Positions 23,143 to 33,185 of a stretch of DNA of 39,452 nt are shown one piece after another (position 1 is the first letter of the stretch; each line of letters starts with the position of its first letter). The stretch covers positions 1-39,452 of the IMG/VR virus record IMGVR_UViG_3300034069_000756; one strand, written 5' to 3'. The translations under genes and the position numbers were made by a program. The DNA is from a virus. The notes under the pieces were generated by a model, which worked only from the letters and a program-made list of their open reading frames with translations, was not told where the DNA came from and ran no database searches.

Positions 23143-24480
23143 ATGCCTAAGCCCGCCACCATTCCTCTCGGCCTACAAAGCTACCGGCGTGATCTCGGCT
23201 TCGTGCCGGAAGTCGAGCTGGTGAACCTGCTGATCGAGAAAGACGAGGCGGGCGTATCGTCGGATGGCGTCCTGCGCATCCAGCGACCGGGCTTGACGCC
23301 CTATGCCAACCTGCCTGGCATCATCCAAGGCGTGTTCCAGCAGGACGGGGTGCTGGGCGGCGCCCGCTTCGCCGTGGCGGGCGGTACGCTCTACAGCTAC
23401 GACGACCTCGCCTACACCACGCTCGGGACGGTCGACGGCGGGCCGGCGGTGTTCGCGGCGACCTATCTCGGGCTGTATGTCCTGACTGCCGGCAAGCTGT
23501 ATAGCTGGGACGGCACCACCTTCGCTCCGATCGCCATGCCGGATAATCGGCTGATCGTGGATATGGATACGGTCAACTCGTACCTCATCCTAGGGTGCGC
23601 GGATGGACGGTTCTATTGGCTGGTGCCGGGCGCGACCTCAATCGACGCGCTCAACTTCGCCACGGCGGAAAGCCAAGCGGACGGGTTGCGCGCGGTTCGT
23701 CGGCTGGTGGACGAAATCTGGTTCTTCGGCGTTACGACGGTGGAACCATGGCAGGCAACCGGCGACGCCACGGCTCCTTTCCAGCGCGCATCGGGCCGGG
23801 TGTTCGACCGTGGCTGCGCCTCGCGCGACACGGTGCTGCGGTTCGATAACTCGATCCTCTGGGAAGGCGACGACGGGCTGGTCTATCGCTCATCAGCGGT
23901 GCCGCAGCGGGTCAGCACGACGGGTATCGAGGAACGCATTCGGCAGGCCACCGGGGATCGCTCCGCATGGTCCTTCAGCGTCGAAGGGCATAAATGCTAT
24001 GTCCTGTTTGTGCCTGGGCAAGGGACGTGGTGCTACGATGCCGCTTCCTCGGCGTGGAGTGAGATCGCCTCGTCTGATACGACGGGTTGGCGGGCGCGCT
24101 ACGGCTATGACCGGGTGGCAGCGTCAGCGGATAGCGGTGAGGTATGGAACGTCGATCCCGCCTCGCCGACCGACGCGGGTGTGGCTTTCCGCAAGGCTGT
24201 GAGCGGGGCGATCGGCTTACGAGGCCAGCCCTCACGTAACGCGAGCGCATCATTTAGCGTCGGCTGCTCTGCCCCAACCACGTTCCGGGTGCGCTGGCGA
24301 GATGCGGACGAGGCGTTTCCCGAATATTGGGAAGGGTTTGACGTGACCGGCCCGGCGGAGGTGTTCAGCCTCTACCGCATGGGACAAGGCCGCGAGCCCT
24401 ATCGTGTATTTGAGGTTGAGAACACCGACCCGGTTCAAGTGCGGTTCGATGGTGCGACGGTGAACGGCGCATGGCAATAA
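23143..24480 (+). CDS. Tail hub protein, P22 gp10-like
   Basis: 445 aa with repeated beta-propeller-like blades (GGTLYSYDD, AGKLYSWDG, DGRFYWLVPG, EPWQATGDATAPFQR, ILWEGDDGLVYRS), similar in pattern and length to P22 gp10. Confidence 0.55.
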   Translation: MPKPATIPLGLQSYRRDLGFVPEVELVNLLIEKDEAGVSSDGVLRIQRPGLTPYANLPGIIQGVFQQDGVLGGARFAVAGGTLYSYDDLAYTTLGTVDGGPAVFAATYLGLYVLTAGKLYSWDGTTFAPIAMPDNRLIVDMDTVNSYLILGCADGRFYWLVPGATSIDALNFATAESQADGLRAVRRLVDEIWFFGVTTVEPWQATGDATAPFQRASGRVFDRGCASRDTVLRFDNSILWEGDDGLVYRSSAVPQRVSTTGIEERIRQATGDRSAWSFSVEGHKCYVLFVPGQGTWCYDAASSAWSEIASSDTTGWRARYGYDRVAASADSGEVWNVDPASPTDAGVAFRKAVSGAIGLRGQPSRNASASFSVGCSAPTTFRVRWRDADEAFPEYWEGFDVTGPAEVFSLYRMGQGREPYRVFEVENTDPVQVRFDGATVNGAWQ

Positions 24481-25046
24481 CCCCGATCCGCATCCCTCGT
24501 CTCCAAGGCGGGCGCGGGATTGTTGACACGAATGGCATTCCGACCAACTCGTTCCTGCGCACTTTCAACGACGCTTTGGCGTTGATCGAAAGCACGCTGA
24601 ACGCGGTGATCGACGCGCAGAACGCGGCAAATGCAGCACAAAAGGCGGCGGAAACAGCCCAAACGGCCGCTGACAACGCACAGAAAGCCGCTGATCAAGC
24701 CCAGGGCGGTACTCGGGAGCAGGCGCTGGTGAGCAGCTACATCTCTCCCCGCTCAGTCGTCACGGCAACCAAGCTGGTGATCTCCATTGCCGCTCACACG
24801 CGCTACTATGGCGATGGCACCAGCGTGCCGGTTAACGCCGGTACGGTTCAGGGAACTGCTTTTGGTGACACCGACGCCGTTTGGTATGTCGATCCCGATC
24901 ACACTGGTGGGGCGGTGACTTATCACAGTGGCACGGACGGCCCCGCGCAGGGCAATGATGTGCACGTGGTAGGTTCGGTGTCGCTCTCCAACACGACAAC
25001 TCCTGTCACAGGTAGCCCCGGCCCCGGCAAGCCTGGCTATAGTTGA
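24471..25046 (+). CDS. Tail needle / plug protein, P22 gp26-like coiled coil
   Basis: Follows the gp10-like gene. Coiled-coil stretch AVIDAQNAANAAQKAAETAQTAADNAQKAADQAQ followed by a beta-rich C-terminus. Confidence 0.5.
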   Translation: MAITPIRIPRLQGGRGIVDTNGIPTNSFLRTFNDALALIESTLNAVIDAQNAANAAQKAAETAQTAADNAQKAADQAQGGTREQALVSSYISPRSVVTATKLVISIAAHTRYYGDGTSVPVNAGTVQGTAFGDTDAVWYVDPDHTGGAVTYHSGTDGPAQGNDVHVVGSVSLSNTTTPVTGSPGPGKPGYS

Positions 25047-25049
25047 CAC

Positions 25050-25445
25050 ATGATCGAGCGCACCCGCGATGCTATGCTCCTTCACGCCATGCTTTTACAT
25101 CCGGAAGTGGCGCCGAACATGACGTGGAGCTACGACGACTTGGAGCGCAATCTCGCCGATGACCGCCACGTGGCGCTGATCGACGGCGTGGCCGGTGCTG
25201 TGTTCGAGTGGTCCGCCCCGTGTGTCTATGAAGGCCATTTCCTGTTCCTGCCCCCCGTGCGTGGTCGGCTCGCGATTGAGCGCGGCAAGGCCATGATCGC
25301 TGAGATGATGGGCAGGTACAGTGCCCGCATGGTGTGGGGCCGGGTGCTGCTCGCCAATCGTGCGGCGCGGTGGATGGCGCGGCAGATCGGGTTGCGGTCG
25401 CTTGGCGTAGAGCGCGGTCACGAGCTATTCGCGGTGGAGGCGTAG
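25050..25445 (+). CDS. GNAT-fold-like small protein (131 aa) inside the tail/ejection operon
   Basis: FLFLPPVRGRLAIERGKAMIAEMM ... LANRAARWMARQIGLRSLG resembles GNAT motif A and the following helix. Confidence 0.35.
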   Translation: MIERTRDAMLLHAMLLHPEVAPNMTWSYDDLERNLADDRHVALIDGVAGAVFEWSAPCVYEGHFLFLPPVRGRLAIERGKAMIAEMMGRYSARMVWGRVLLANRAARWMARQIGLRSLGVERGHELFAVEA

Positions 25446-26054
25446 ATGGGCGATTTGTTCGGGGGTGGCCAGAAAAAAGCCGCCCAAATTGCCCAGCAGA
25501 CGGCGACCCAGAACAACGCCTTTTCGCAGGGCATCTATGACAGCAACAAAGCGCTGGAGATGCCGACGATCGATCGGGGCAACGCGGCAGGGTCGGCTTA
25601 CAACGCGCTCCTCGGTCTAGGCGGGGACGCAGCCGGCGCGAAGGCGGCCTTTGACACATACAAGGGCAGCGACGGCTACCAGTTCCGGCTCAATCAGGGT
25701 TTAGATGCCGTCAACGCGGGCGCTTTCGCCAAGGGTGGCGGCCTGTCTGGTGCAACCCTCAAGGCGCTGAACGATTACGCCGGGGACAGTGCGTCATCCG
25801 AGTTCGGGAAGTATCTCGGCGAGCTACAAACACCCATGGCGCTCGGGCAGTCGGCCACCGGGGCGCTAGCGGGCCAGGGCACGACCCTAGCGGCCACCAC
25901 GGCGGCTAACAACAACACCGCATCAGCAGCGGCCCAGCAAGCCGCGCTCGCCAGCGGTGGCGTTTTGGGCAAGCTGATTGGTACCGGCGTCAACATCGCC
26001 AGCAGCTTCGTCAAGCCTACCTCGACGGCGGGTAAAATTCTGGGGGCGCTGTAA
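25446..26054 (+). CDS. Internal virion / ejection protein (Gly/Ala-rich)
   Basis: Position, composition, and tight coupling to the following large proteins. Confidence 0.45.
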   Translation: MGDLFGGGQKKAAQIAQQTATQNNAFSQGIYDSNKALEMPTIDRGNAAGSAYNALLGLGGDAAGAKAAFDTYKGSDGYQFRLNQGLDAVNAGAFAKGGGLSGATLKALNDYAGDSASSEFGKYLGELQTPMALGQSATGALAGQGTTLAATTAANNNTASAAAQQAALASGGVLGKLIGTGVNIASSFVKPTSTAGKILGAL

Positions 26055-27784
26055 TGGCGACCAACTTTGATAGTCTGTTCGACACGATCCACGCTGGGCA
26101 GGATCGCCGCTATCTACAGCAGCAGCGCGCGCTTCAGACCCAGCAGCAGCAGGACCAAGCAACGCAAGCCGCTGCGTCCGCTGCCGCCCTTCCCGGTATC
26201 CGCCAGCAAGTCGCGACCGGCGACTATGACGGTGCACGGGTAGCCGCAGCGTTCAGCGGCAACCAGCCAATCGCCGAGTTCGTCGGCGGGTTGCAGAAGG
26301 AGCATCAGGCCAAGCTATCCGACATGGCGGGTACGCTCGGGTCAACCGCCTATGCCCTCCGCCAAATCACCGACCCGGCGCAGCGTGCGTCGGCGTTTCA
26401 GGCGTATATTCCTGCCCTTAAAGCGCATGGGATCAGCGACACGGACCTTGCGGCGGCACAGGCGAACCTCAGCGACGGCGCGCTAGACGGCTATATCAAC
26501 TCGGCGCAGACCGTCCGCCAGCACGTCGAAGATGCCCAGGCACAAGCGGCAGCGGCAGCGAAAGCCAACGCACCTTATACGCTTGCGCCCGGTGAGGCTC
26601 GTTACGACGCGAGCGGCCACCAAATTGCTCGATCGGACTTCAAGCCCGATGTGACCTTTGTCGACAACGGCGACGGCACCAAGACCCGCGTGATCACCAA
26701 TCTTGACGGCGGTAGTGGGGGCGCATCCCCGGCAGGCATCGGCGCCACCCGCCCGGAACGCAACAATAACCCTGGCAACGTGCGCGCCCTTGGCGGCGGT
26801 CAAATGTGGCGCGGGCAGACTGGCACGGACGACGGCGGGTATGCCATCTTCGGCGACCTCGCTTCGGGTCAGCGGGCAGCGGATCGAAACCTGCAAAGCT
26901 ATGGCCGGCGCGGGGTCAACACGATCAGCGGCATCATCTCAAGGTGGGCGCCGAAGGCCGACCGGAACAACACGGATCAGTATATCGCCAACGTGTCGCG
27001 TTCGCTCGGCATCCCGGCTAACCAGCCGCTGGACTTGACCGATCCGACAGTGCGCCAGAAGCTGCTCACGGCGGGTATTTACCCCAACGAGGGACCGACC
27101 GGGCGCCAGCTGGCGGCGCCCGCATCCCAACCTAGCCCCGCCGGCACGGTGTTCGGCTCTCCGCGAGCAAACGGCGGCAAGGCGGCGCCTTCGGGCTATC
27201 GGTATAAGGTTGACGGAACGCTTGAACCGATCCCCGGTGGGCCAGCTGACCCTGCCGTAGTTGGCGCGCGGGGCGGCAGTAAGCCACTCACCGAAGGGCA
27301 GGCAAAGGCGGTCGGTTACTATCAGCGCGCTCAAGACGCGAACCACACCCTCAACCAGTTCGAGGATAAGCATATTCCAACGCCGGGGACAGGCGCCCGG
27401 ATCGCCGATGACCTACCATTTGGCGTCGGCTCTTACTTCCTGTCGAACAACAACCAGCAGCAGCTAAACGCGCGCCGCGCATTCATTGCCGGTGTTCTCC
27501 GCCAGGAGTCGGGCGCAGCGATCAGTAAGGAAGAGTTTTCCAGCTACGACAAGATTTACTTCCCGCAGCAGGGGGACACCCCGGCCACCATCGCGCAGAA
27601 ACGGCGGCTACGAAACGAGGCAGTCGGAAGCCTCAAAGTCGTAGCTGGCCCTGGCGCGGCACAAGTATCCGGTGGAGCTTCACAGTCAGCGCCGGTCAGG
27701 GTCAGTAGTCCCGCTGAGGCGGCTCGCCTGCCCTCCGGCACCCGGTTTATTACGCCCGATGGGCGCACGATCGTGAAGCGCTGA
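26054..27784 (+). CDS. Internal virion / ejection protein (576 aa)
   Basis: TAATG-coupled. Gln-rich N-terminus and a conserved-looking core RPERNNNPGNVRA...DGGYAIFGDLASGQRAADRNLQSY. Confidence 0.5.
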   Translation: MATNFDSLFDTIHAGQDRRYLQQQRALQTQQQQDQATQAAASAAALPGIRQQVATGDYDGARVAAAFSGNQPIAEFVGGLQKEHQAKLSDMAGTLGSTAYALRQITDPAQRASAFQAYIPALKAHGISDTDLAAAQANLSDGALDGYINSAQTVRQHVEDAQAQAAAAAKANAPYTLAPGEARYDASGHQIARSDFKPDVTFVDNGDGTKTRVITNLDGGSGGASPAGIGATRPERNNNPGNVRALGGGQMWRGQTGTDDGGYAIFGDLASGQRAADRNLQSYGRRGVNTISGIISRWAPKADRNNTDQYIANVSRSLGIPANQPLDLTDPTVRQKLLTAGIYPNEGPTGRQLAAPASQPSPAGTVFGSPRANGGKAAPSGYRYKVDGTLEPIPGGPADPAVVGARGGSKPLTEGQAKAVGYYQRAQDANHTLNQFEDKHIPTPGTGARIADDLPFGVGSYFLSNNNQQQLNARRAFIAGVLRQESGAAISKEEFSSYDKIYFPQQGDTPATIAQKRRLRNEAVGSLKVVAGPGAAQVSGGASQSAPVRVSSPAEAARLPSGTRFITPDGRTIVKR

Positions 27785-29517
27785 TGACCGATCCAGACCC
27801 TTACGCCGCACTAGGCACCGTCGAAGGCGCCGCACCGCCTCAGGCGGCGGGTGACCCCTATGCTGCTCTAGGTGTAGCGGAGCAGCCGAAACTTCATACT
27901 TACGCCGCTCGCAAGAGCGACGGAACGGTGGTGCAATTCCAGCTTCCGGAAGATGCCCCTGATCAGCTAGTCCGTGAGCATAGCGCGAAGGTAACGGGCA
28001 ACAATGCATACCTACGCGCCACGGTTGATCGTAGCGGATCGCCTCCGCCTCAAACGGACGATAGCGCCGTGCGAGGGTTTCTTGGCGGGCTAGAAAAGCC
28101 GATCGACAATCTTGCAGGTTGGGTCGACAGCATTCCAGGTGTTCACGAGGCCGGCGACGCTATCGCTCATGTGACCGGGTTGCCCACCACGGCCGAAGCC
28201 AATGCGTCGCACGACGCGGCACGTGAGAATAACACGCGCACCGGCTGGCAGCAGGTCGGCACGATTGCGGGCACCCTACCCTTTGGCTCTGCACGGCTAG
28301 GGCTGGCGGCGAACGGAGCCATTCAAGGCGCGCTTGCCAGCGATGCCAAAAGCGCGGGCGGCACACTGGTTGACGCGGGCGTTGGTGCTGTAGGCGGGGC
28401 CATAGGTGGGCGCCTGTTGCAAGGCCTTGGGACAGCGGTCGCGCCGGTAGTAAATCGTCACGTTGCTACGCTTCTAAACAACGGCGTGCGGCCAACGATG
28501 GGCCAAATCGCGCGGGTGGGTCAAGGAGTGGCCAGCCGAGTTATCGCTAATACGGAGGATCGTGCGACCACCTTGCCGATTGCTGGTGAGGCGATAACGG
28601 GCGCGCGAGACGCAACGGCGACACAGTTTAGGCGGGGCGCAGTGCAACAGGCGCTCACCCCTATCGGTATTCGGCTTCCTGACCACCTCGAAACCGGCCA
28701 CGGCATGATACATTTCGCCCAACGAACGATCAGCCGCGCCTATGACGACGCCTTGTCTCGGATGCAGATGGTGCCCGATGGGCAGCTCGCCGCTGATTTC
28801 ACTGCCCTTGACCAACGCGTGCAGAATGGAGGCCTATCCCCGGCCTTCCAGCGCCGCTTGAATACCGAGTTCCACGGCAACCTGATGCGCCGGGTTTATG
28901 GCAACGGCACTGGGATGATGGACGGGGGCGAGTTGCAAACCACCCTCTCGTCGCTTCGTCAGAAAGCGCAGCGGTTCGGGGCCTCGCAGGATGCTGAGCA
29001 ACAGGAATATGGCGGTGTTCTCAGCGAGATTGCCGATCATATTGAAGCGGCAGCGGCTCGTTCGTCGCCGCCTGAAGCTGTGGCCGCGCGTGATGCCGCG
29101 AACGAGGCCTATGCCCACCTAGTCAGGGTAGAAGGCGCGGCTAAAAACGCGATTGAAGGTGATTTCTCGCCCGCGCAACTCGACGTTGCTGTAAGGAGCG
29201 GAGCCACCCGCGTGCGAGGTCGGGATGCCTCGGCGGGGCAAGCGCTCATGCAGGACTATTCAACGGCAGCGCGGCGTGTCCTGCCCAGCCAGACCGGCAG
29301 TTCGGGCACTGCCGAACGACTTAGCACCATCAATCCCTTCAAATGGGCAGCGGGGGCGGCGTTAGCGCCGGGGCAGACGATTGCGGATCGTTATCTGGTT
29401 CCCGCTCTCACGCGTCAGCCCGGCCCAAATGCCCGGCGGGCGGCCGATTTGCTGCGGCTAATGGCTCCCGCCGCCGGCGCGGTTGCGTCGCCACTGGCCG
29501 TAACGGCGACCCAGTGA
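27784..29517 (+). CDS. Internal virion / ejection protein (577 aa)
   Basis: TGATG-coupled. Gly/Ala-rich hydrophobic stretches. DPYAALG is repeated twice at the N-terminus. Confidence 0.5.
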   Translation: MTDPDPYAALGTVEGAAPPQAAGDPYAALGVAEQPKLHTYAARKSDGTVVQFQLPEDAPDQLVREHSAKVTGNNAYLRATVDRSGSPPPQTDDSAVRGFLGGLEKPIDNLAGWVDSIPGVHEAGDAIAHVTGLPTTAEANASHDAARENNTRTGWQQVGTIAGTLPFGSARLGLAANGAIQGALASDAKSAGGTLVDAGVGAVGGAIGGRLLQGLGTAVAPVVNRHVATLLNNGVRPTMGQIARVGQGVASRVIANTEDRATTLPIAGEAITGARDATATQFRRGAVQQALTPIGIRLPDHLETGHGMIHFAQRTISRAYDDALSRMQMVPDGQLAADFTALDQRVQNGGLSPAFQRRLNTEFHGNLMRRVYGNGTGMMDGGELQTTLSSLRQKAQRFGASQDAEQQEYGGVLSEIADHIEAAAARSSPPEAVAARDAANEAYAHLVRVEGAAKNAIEGDFSPAQLDVAVRSGATRVRGRDASAGQALMQDYSTAARRVLPSQTGSSGTAERLSTINPFKWAAGAALAPGQTIADRYLVPALTRQPGPNARRAADLLRLMAPAAGAVASPLAVTATQ

Positions 29518-29660
29518 CAGGCTCAGCCCCAATATACCCGAGCGGAGGTGAGGCTTCACCATGGGCCACCCGGCGCGGATTACTCCGCCTACAGCGCAGA
29601 TAATGAACACCCGCATAGACACCCGTCCTACCTGATAGTATCTCCCTTGGGTATGCCCCA

Positions 29661-32525
29661 ATGGGAACGAGACAGATGACTTCAGCGGCGGCCTTGACGG
29701 TCAATCTGCCCGGCAGTCCCTACAATGACCTGCCGCTGTATTCGTCTGTTGCTGCTATTCGTGCGCTCCCCTTCGCCAGTATCCGGTCCGGACAATACGC
29801 CGCGCTTCACGCCGATGGCCTTGAATCTGGCGCCGTCTATACGTTCGATCCCGCCTCTCTGGCGAGCGACGACGGCGAAGCTTTCCTGCGCCCAAATGAC
29901 CTGACGCCGCTACAGGCTGGCCGCTGGCTCTCCACTCTGGGCTTGGTTATCCCCAAGGGCGACAAAGGCGATCCAGGCGCGTCAACGCAGGTGGCGGACA
30001 CGCTGGCATCTCCTGCCCCCGATGTGGCAGCCAGTACCGGGGTCGTTGCGCGGGTCAATCTGGCTAAGCCGGACCGTTATCCGACCAACCCCGCGTCCGT
30101 CGCGCAAGCGAATTACGAAACGCATTTCGCTCTCGTACGAGCGCGCTTTTACGACGACACAAACAGCCGCCTCTATCCCACCCGTGGCCTGGGCCCGACT
30201 AACGGCGGGTGCCCCGATACGTCGCTGCCCGACGCCAGTGGCAACAAGCTGAGCGTCTGGCAGTGGTGCTGCGGCATCTTCATCCTGTTTGATCGCTGGA
30301 AGATTACCGGCACCGCGACGGCAAAGAACCGGATCGCGGGCGCGTGGACCTATTTCCAGACGCAATACACCGTTCAGCAGATGACCTCGACCACCTATGG
30401 TCAGAACCCGACTACGGGCATCTCGGACGATAACTCGTTCTTCGTCAGCGCATTGCGGATGATCCACGAGGCAACCGGCGACGCGACCGCCTTGTCGATC
30501 CTCGTGGAGTATCTGGCCGGCACGTACATCATGTACGCTGACCCGCGCACCAGCAACAACCCGGTGCAGTCCTACAATGCCACGACGCCCGGCGGTTTGG
30601 CGATCCAGCGCAGCACCTACGGCATCCAGTACGAACACCGGGGCTATCTCGGCGAAGGTTACGGCGACTTCGCTAACAACACCGAAATTTGGATCGGGCA
30701 GGCCGCCTTCTACGTCTCGCAGCAGGCGACGACGAGCACCCTGACCGCAGCGGTCAAGGCGGCATACCTCCAGCTCGCCAAGGATACCTGGACGTGGGCG
30801 GTCACCTGGTTGCGCTTCGCCGGCAGCGCGCAGGCGGTGGCCGGCATCTACGGGTCGAGCTTTATTCTCAACCCGAACGCCAGCGACTATCACAAGATCA
30901 ACGCGATCACGACGAATCCGACGACCCGGCGCGGCAAGACGGCGTTCGCAGACCATGGCACGCTGTTCCAAGCGGCGCTGTCGGACAGCCTCTACACGCT
31001 TACGGGCGAGGCAAAGTACCTCGCCGAGTTCCAGTCGATCCTGACCGTGTATCCGACCCAGACGACCGGCTTTGGGCGGACGTGGAAGGGGTTGCCCTGT
31101 TTCGTCTGCGCGCAGGACCCTTGGACGGTAGGCATCCCCATGCGGGATGTGGTCAGCCGGCTCGTCGCGCGGTTCCCGATTCCGGCCGACCCGGCCCAGA
31201 CGCTGTTCAAAGATTTCCGCCTCGGCGTGCTCGGCACCGCCAAGACGATCGCGGCGCAAAGCGGCAACGGCCTCATTTCACCGAATTGGGGGCCACCGGA
31301 GGAAAGCGGCAACGCGGGGTGCATGACCTGGGAGCAGGACAGCATGGCCGGCTATTCCGGCCAGGGTGGCGGCGGCCAGGCGAGCGGCCGCCAAATCATG
31401 ACGGCGAGTTCCGGGCTGAGCGTCGTGGCGGCGGGTGCGGTGCTGGTCGCGTCCGAGGCGGTGCTCGGATCGGGCATGAGCGCGGCGTCGGTCGAGATCC
31501 TCGCCAGCACGATGGCGACGGCCCTTATCTCCCAGGAAGCGGCAAAGCTGCTGCCGATGCGGGAGGAGCATTCGACCGCCTCGCCGTTCCAGTACCGCGT
31601 CAGCACCGACCGTGTGTACGGCTGGCGGCAGGAGTTCATCAACGAAAAGGAGCTGCGCCGCCTCGCGCCCGGCGGCCAAACGCAGTGGGGAAAACTTGAG
31701 CAGCACGGTGCCATGCAGCTTGACGACACACTGTACGGCGGCGCCGGCCTGGTCGCCTACGGCCCGACGTTCGGCAACCAGTTCTACATGGGCAATCCGT
31801 CCGGATCGCCAAGGCTGAACTTCGCGTCCGGCAGCTATCTCGAAGCACAGCAGGGCCTCACCCGCATCAGCACCGTGGTGGGCTCAAACGAGCAGCTGCG
31901 GGTGGAGGCCGGCACTCTCACGACTTACGGGTACACCTATTTCAATCAAGACATTCAGCCGCTCAACGATAACGTCATCAGCGTTGGCGGTACCAGCCGG
32001 CGGTTCAAGAACATTTACGCCACCAACAGCACCATCAACACCTCCGATGAGCGCGACAAGAACTGGATCGTCTCCGGCCTGACCGACAAGGAATACCGGG
32101 CGGCGCTTCGCATCTTGAAGGAAGTCGGCTCCTTTACGTGGAAAGCCAATTCAGACCGCGTGCATTACGGTGTGCGGGCGCAAGCGGTTTGGCGCATCTG
32201 CTCGGAGGAAGGGCTGATTCCAAGCGGCAGCTCGACCGACTCGCCGCTATCATTTCTGGTCTACGACGAGTGGGACGCCCAGCCCGCCGAGCCGGCGGTG
32301 CAGGCGGTGGATGAAATCTCCCACTTTGAAACCCGCATCCTGCCCGATGGCATGGAGCAACAGGTCCGCGTGGTCGACGTGGAGGGTGTGATGGGCACCC
32401 CCGGCCGCGCGGCGATTGCCGCAGGCAACCGCTACGGCGTTCGCGACGAGATCGACAAGCTCATGCTCGCTGCCCTCGCGCGGCTGAACGCTACCCAGAT
32501 CGAGGCCGCTCTCAATGCCCAGTGA
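29661..32525 (+). CDS. Tailspike / tail fibre with a collagen-like triplet and a C-terminal S74 intramolecular chaperone domain
   Basis: PKGDKGDPGAS, a large central enzyme-like region, and the C-terminal NIYATNSTINTSDERDKNWI (the S74 autoproteolysis motif SDERxK). The start could also be 29676. Confidence 0.8.
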   Translation: MGTRQMTSAAALTVNLPGSPYNDLPLYSSVAAIRALPFASIRSGQYAALHADGLESGAVYTFDPASLASDDGEAFLRPNDLTPLQAGRWLSTLGLVIPKGDKGDPGASTQVADTLASPAPDVAASTGVVARVNLAKPDRYPTNPASVAQANYETHFALVRARFYDDTNSRLYPTRGLGPTNGGCPDTSLPDASGNKLSVWQWCCGIFILFDRWKITGTATAKNRIAGAWTYFQTQYTVQQMTSTTYGQNPTTGISDDNSFFVSALRMIHEATGDATALSILVEYLAGTYIMYADPRTSNNPVQSYNATTPGGLAIQRSTYGIQYEHRGYLGEGYGDFANNTEIWIGQAAFYVSQQATTSTLTAAVKAAYLQLAKDTWTWAVTWLRFAGSAQAVAGIYGSSFILNPNASDYHKINAITTNPTTRRGKTAFADHGTLFQAALSDSLYTLTGEAKYLAEFQSILTVYPTQTTGFGRTWKGLPCFVCAQDPWTVGIPMRDVVSRLVARFPIPADPAQTLFKDFRLGVLGTAKTIAAQSGNGLISPNWGPPEESGNAGCMTWEQDSMAGYSGQGGGGQASGRQIMTASSGLSVVAAGAVLVASEAVLGSGMSAASVEILASTMATALISQEAAKLLPMREEHSTASPFQYRVSTDRVYGWRQEFINEKELRRLAPGGQTQWGKLEQHGAMQLDDTLYGGAGLVAYGPTFGNQFYMGNPSGSPRLNFASGSYLEAQQGLTRISTVVGSNEQLRVEAGTLTTYGYTYFNQDIQPLNDNVISVGGTSRRFKNIYATNSTINTSDERDKNWIVSGLTDKEYRAALRILKEVGSFTWKANSDRVHYGVRAQAVWRICSEEGLIPSGSSTDSPLSFLVYDEWDAQPAEPAVQAVDEISHFETRILPDGMEQQVRVVDVEGVMGTPGRAAIAAGNRYGVRDEIDKLMLAALARLNATQIEAALNAQ

Positions 32526-32703
32526 TCGTCACGTCATCGCTGGTGTCGAGCATATCGCGACGACGAACCCGAGCACGCCCGACGCTCCTATCGTCAAGCC
32601 GTTGGACGAGATGGCAGACTCAAGCGGAAAGACCGAGGATAAGCGGCAGTCCACGGGCGGGGAAGCCGACCGAAGCGCAGCCGTCGAGTTCCTGAGCCAA
32701 TGA
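32515..32703 (+). CDS. Small acidic hypothetical protein (62 aa)
   Basis: Overlaps the tailspike stop. ATGA-coupled to the next gene. High GC3. Confidence 0.4.
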   Translation: MPSDRHVIAGVEHIATTNPSTPDAPIVKPLDEMADSSGKTEDKRQSTGGEADRSAAVEFLSQ

Positions 32704-33185
32704 TGCCGGCGCAGAAAACCGTCTTGGACGGCACGTTCACCATCAGCAGCATCGTCGTGCTGGTTAGCCTCGTCGCGGGCTTTCTCGCCATCATCGCTTT
32801 TTTTCGCAAGGTGTCTCGCGAGAATGCGGATGACGCTAACCGCCGCACGACTGAAATCCTTGAGGAGGTGCGGGCCAATCGAGAGACCGCCGACAGTCGT
32901 CTGGTCAAGGTGGAAACTCGCATCGCCGACTTCATGCCGCGCGCTGAGATCGAGCAGCGGATCGAACACCTGAAGATCAACCGTCAAACGGTTGAAAGCG
33001 CCCTTTCTAATCAACTCGAAAAGCTAAGTACTGAGCAAGTCCGTCAAGGCATCCAAATCGGCAAATTGGAAGAGCGTCACGAAGGTATGGCGGCGACCAT
33101 GAGTGAGGTGAAAATCCTCATCAAGGACTTGGCGACCGACATGAAAGCCGGGTTCAAAGACATCGCGGAAAGGAAAGCGGCGTGA
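32700..33185 (+). CDS. N-terminally anchored coiled-coil membrane protein (lysis-cassette associated)
   Basis: TM FTISSIVVLVSLVAGFLAIIAFF followed by about 120 aa of heptad-like sequence. It lies directly upstream of the endolysin. Confidence 0.5.
   Translation: MMPAQKTVLDGTFTISSIVVLVSLVAGFLAIIAFFRKVSRENADDANRRTTEILEEVRANRETADSRLVKVETRIADFMPRAEIEQRIEHLKINRQTVESALSNQLEKLSTEQVRQGIQIGKLEERHEGMAATMSEVKILIKDLATDMKAGFKDIAERKAA

Noticed and set aside
27784-27900. The DPYAALG(V) duplicate at the N-terminus of the 577-aa ejection protein as a J-domain start (compare DYYEILGV).
   Set aside because: No HPD tripeptide or helix II/III pattern follows. It is more likely a short internal duplication.
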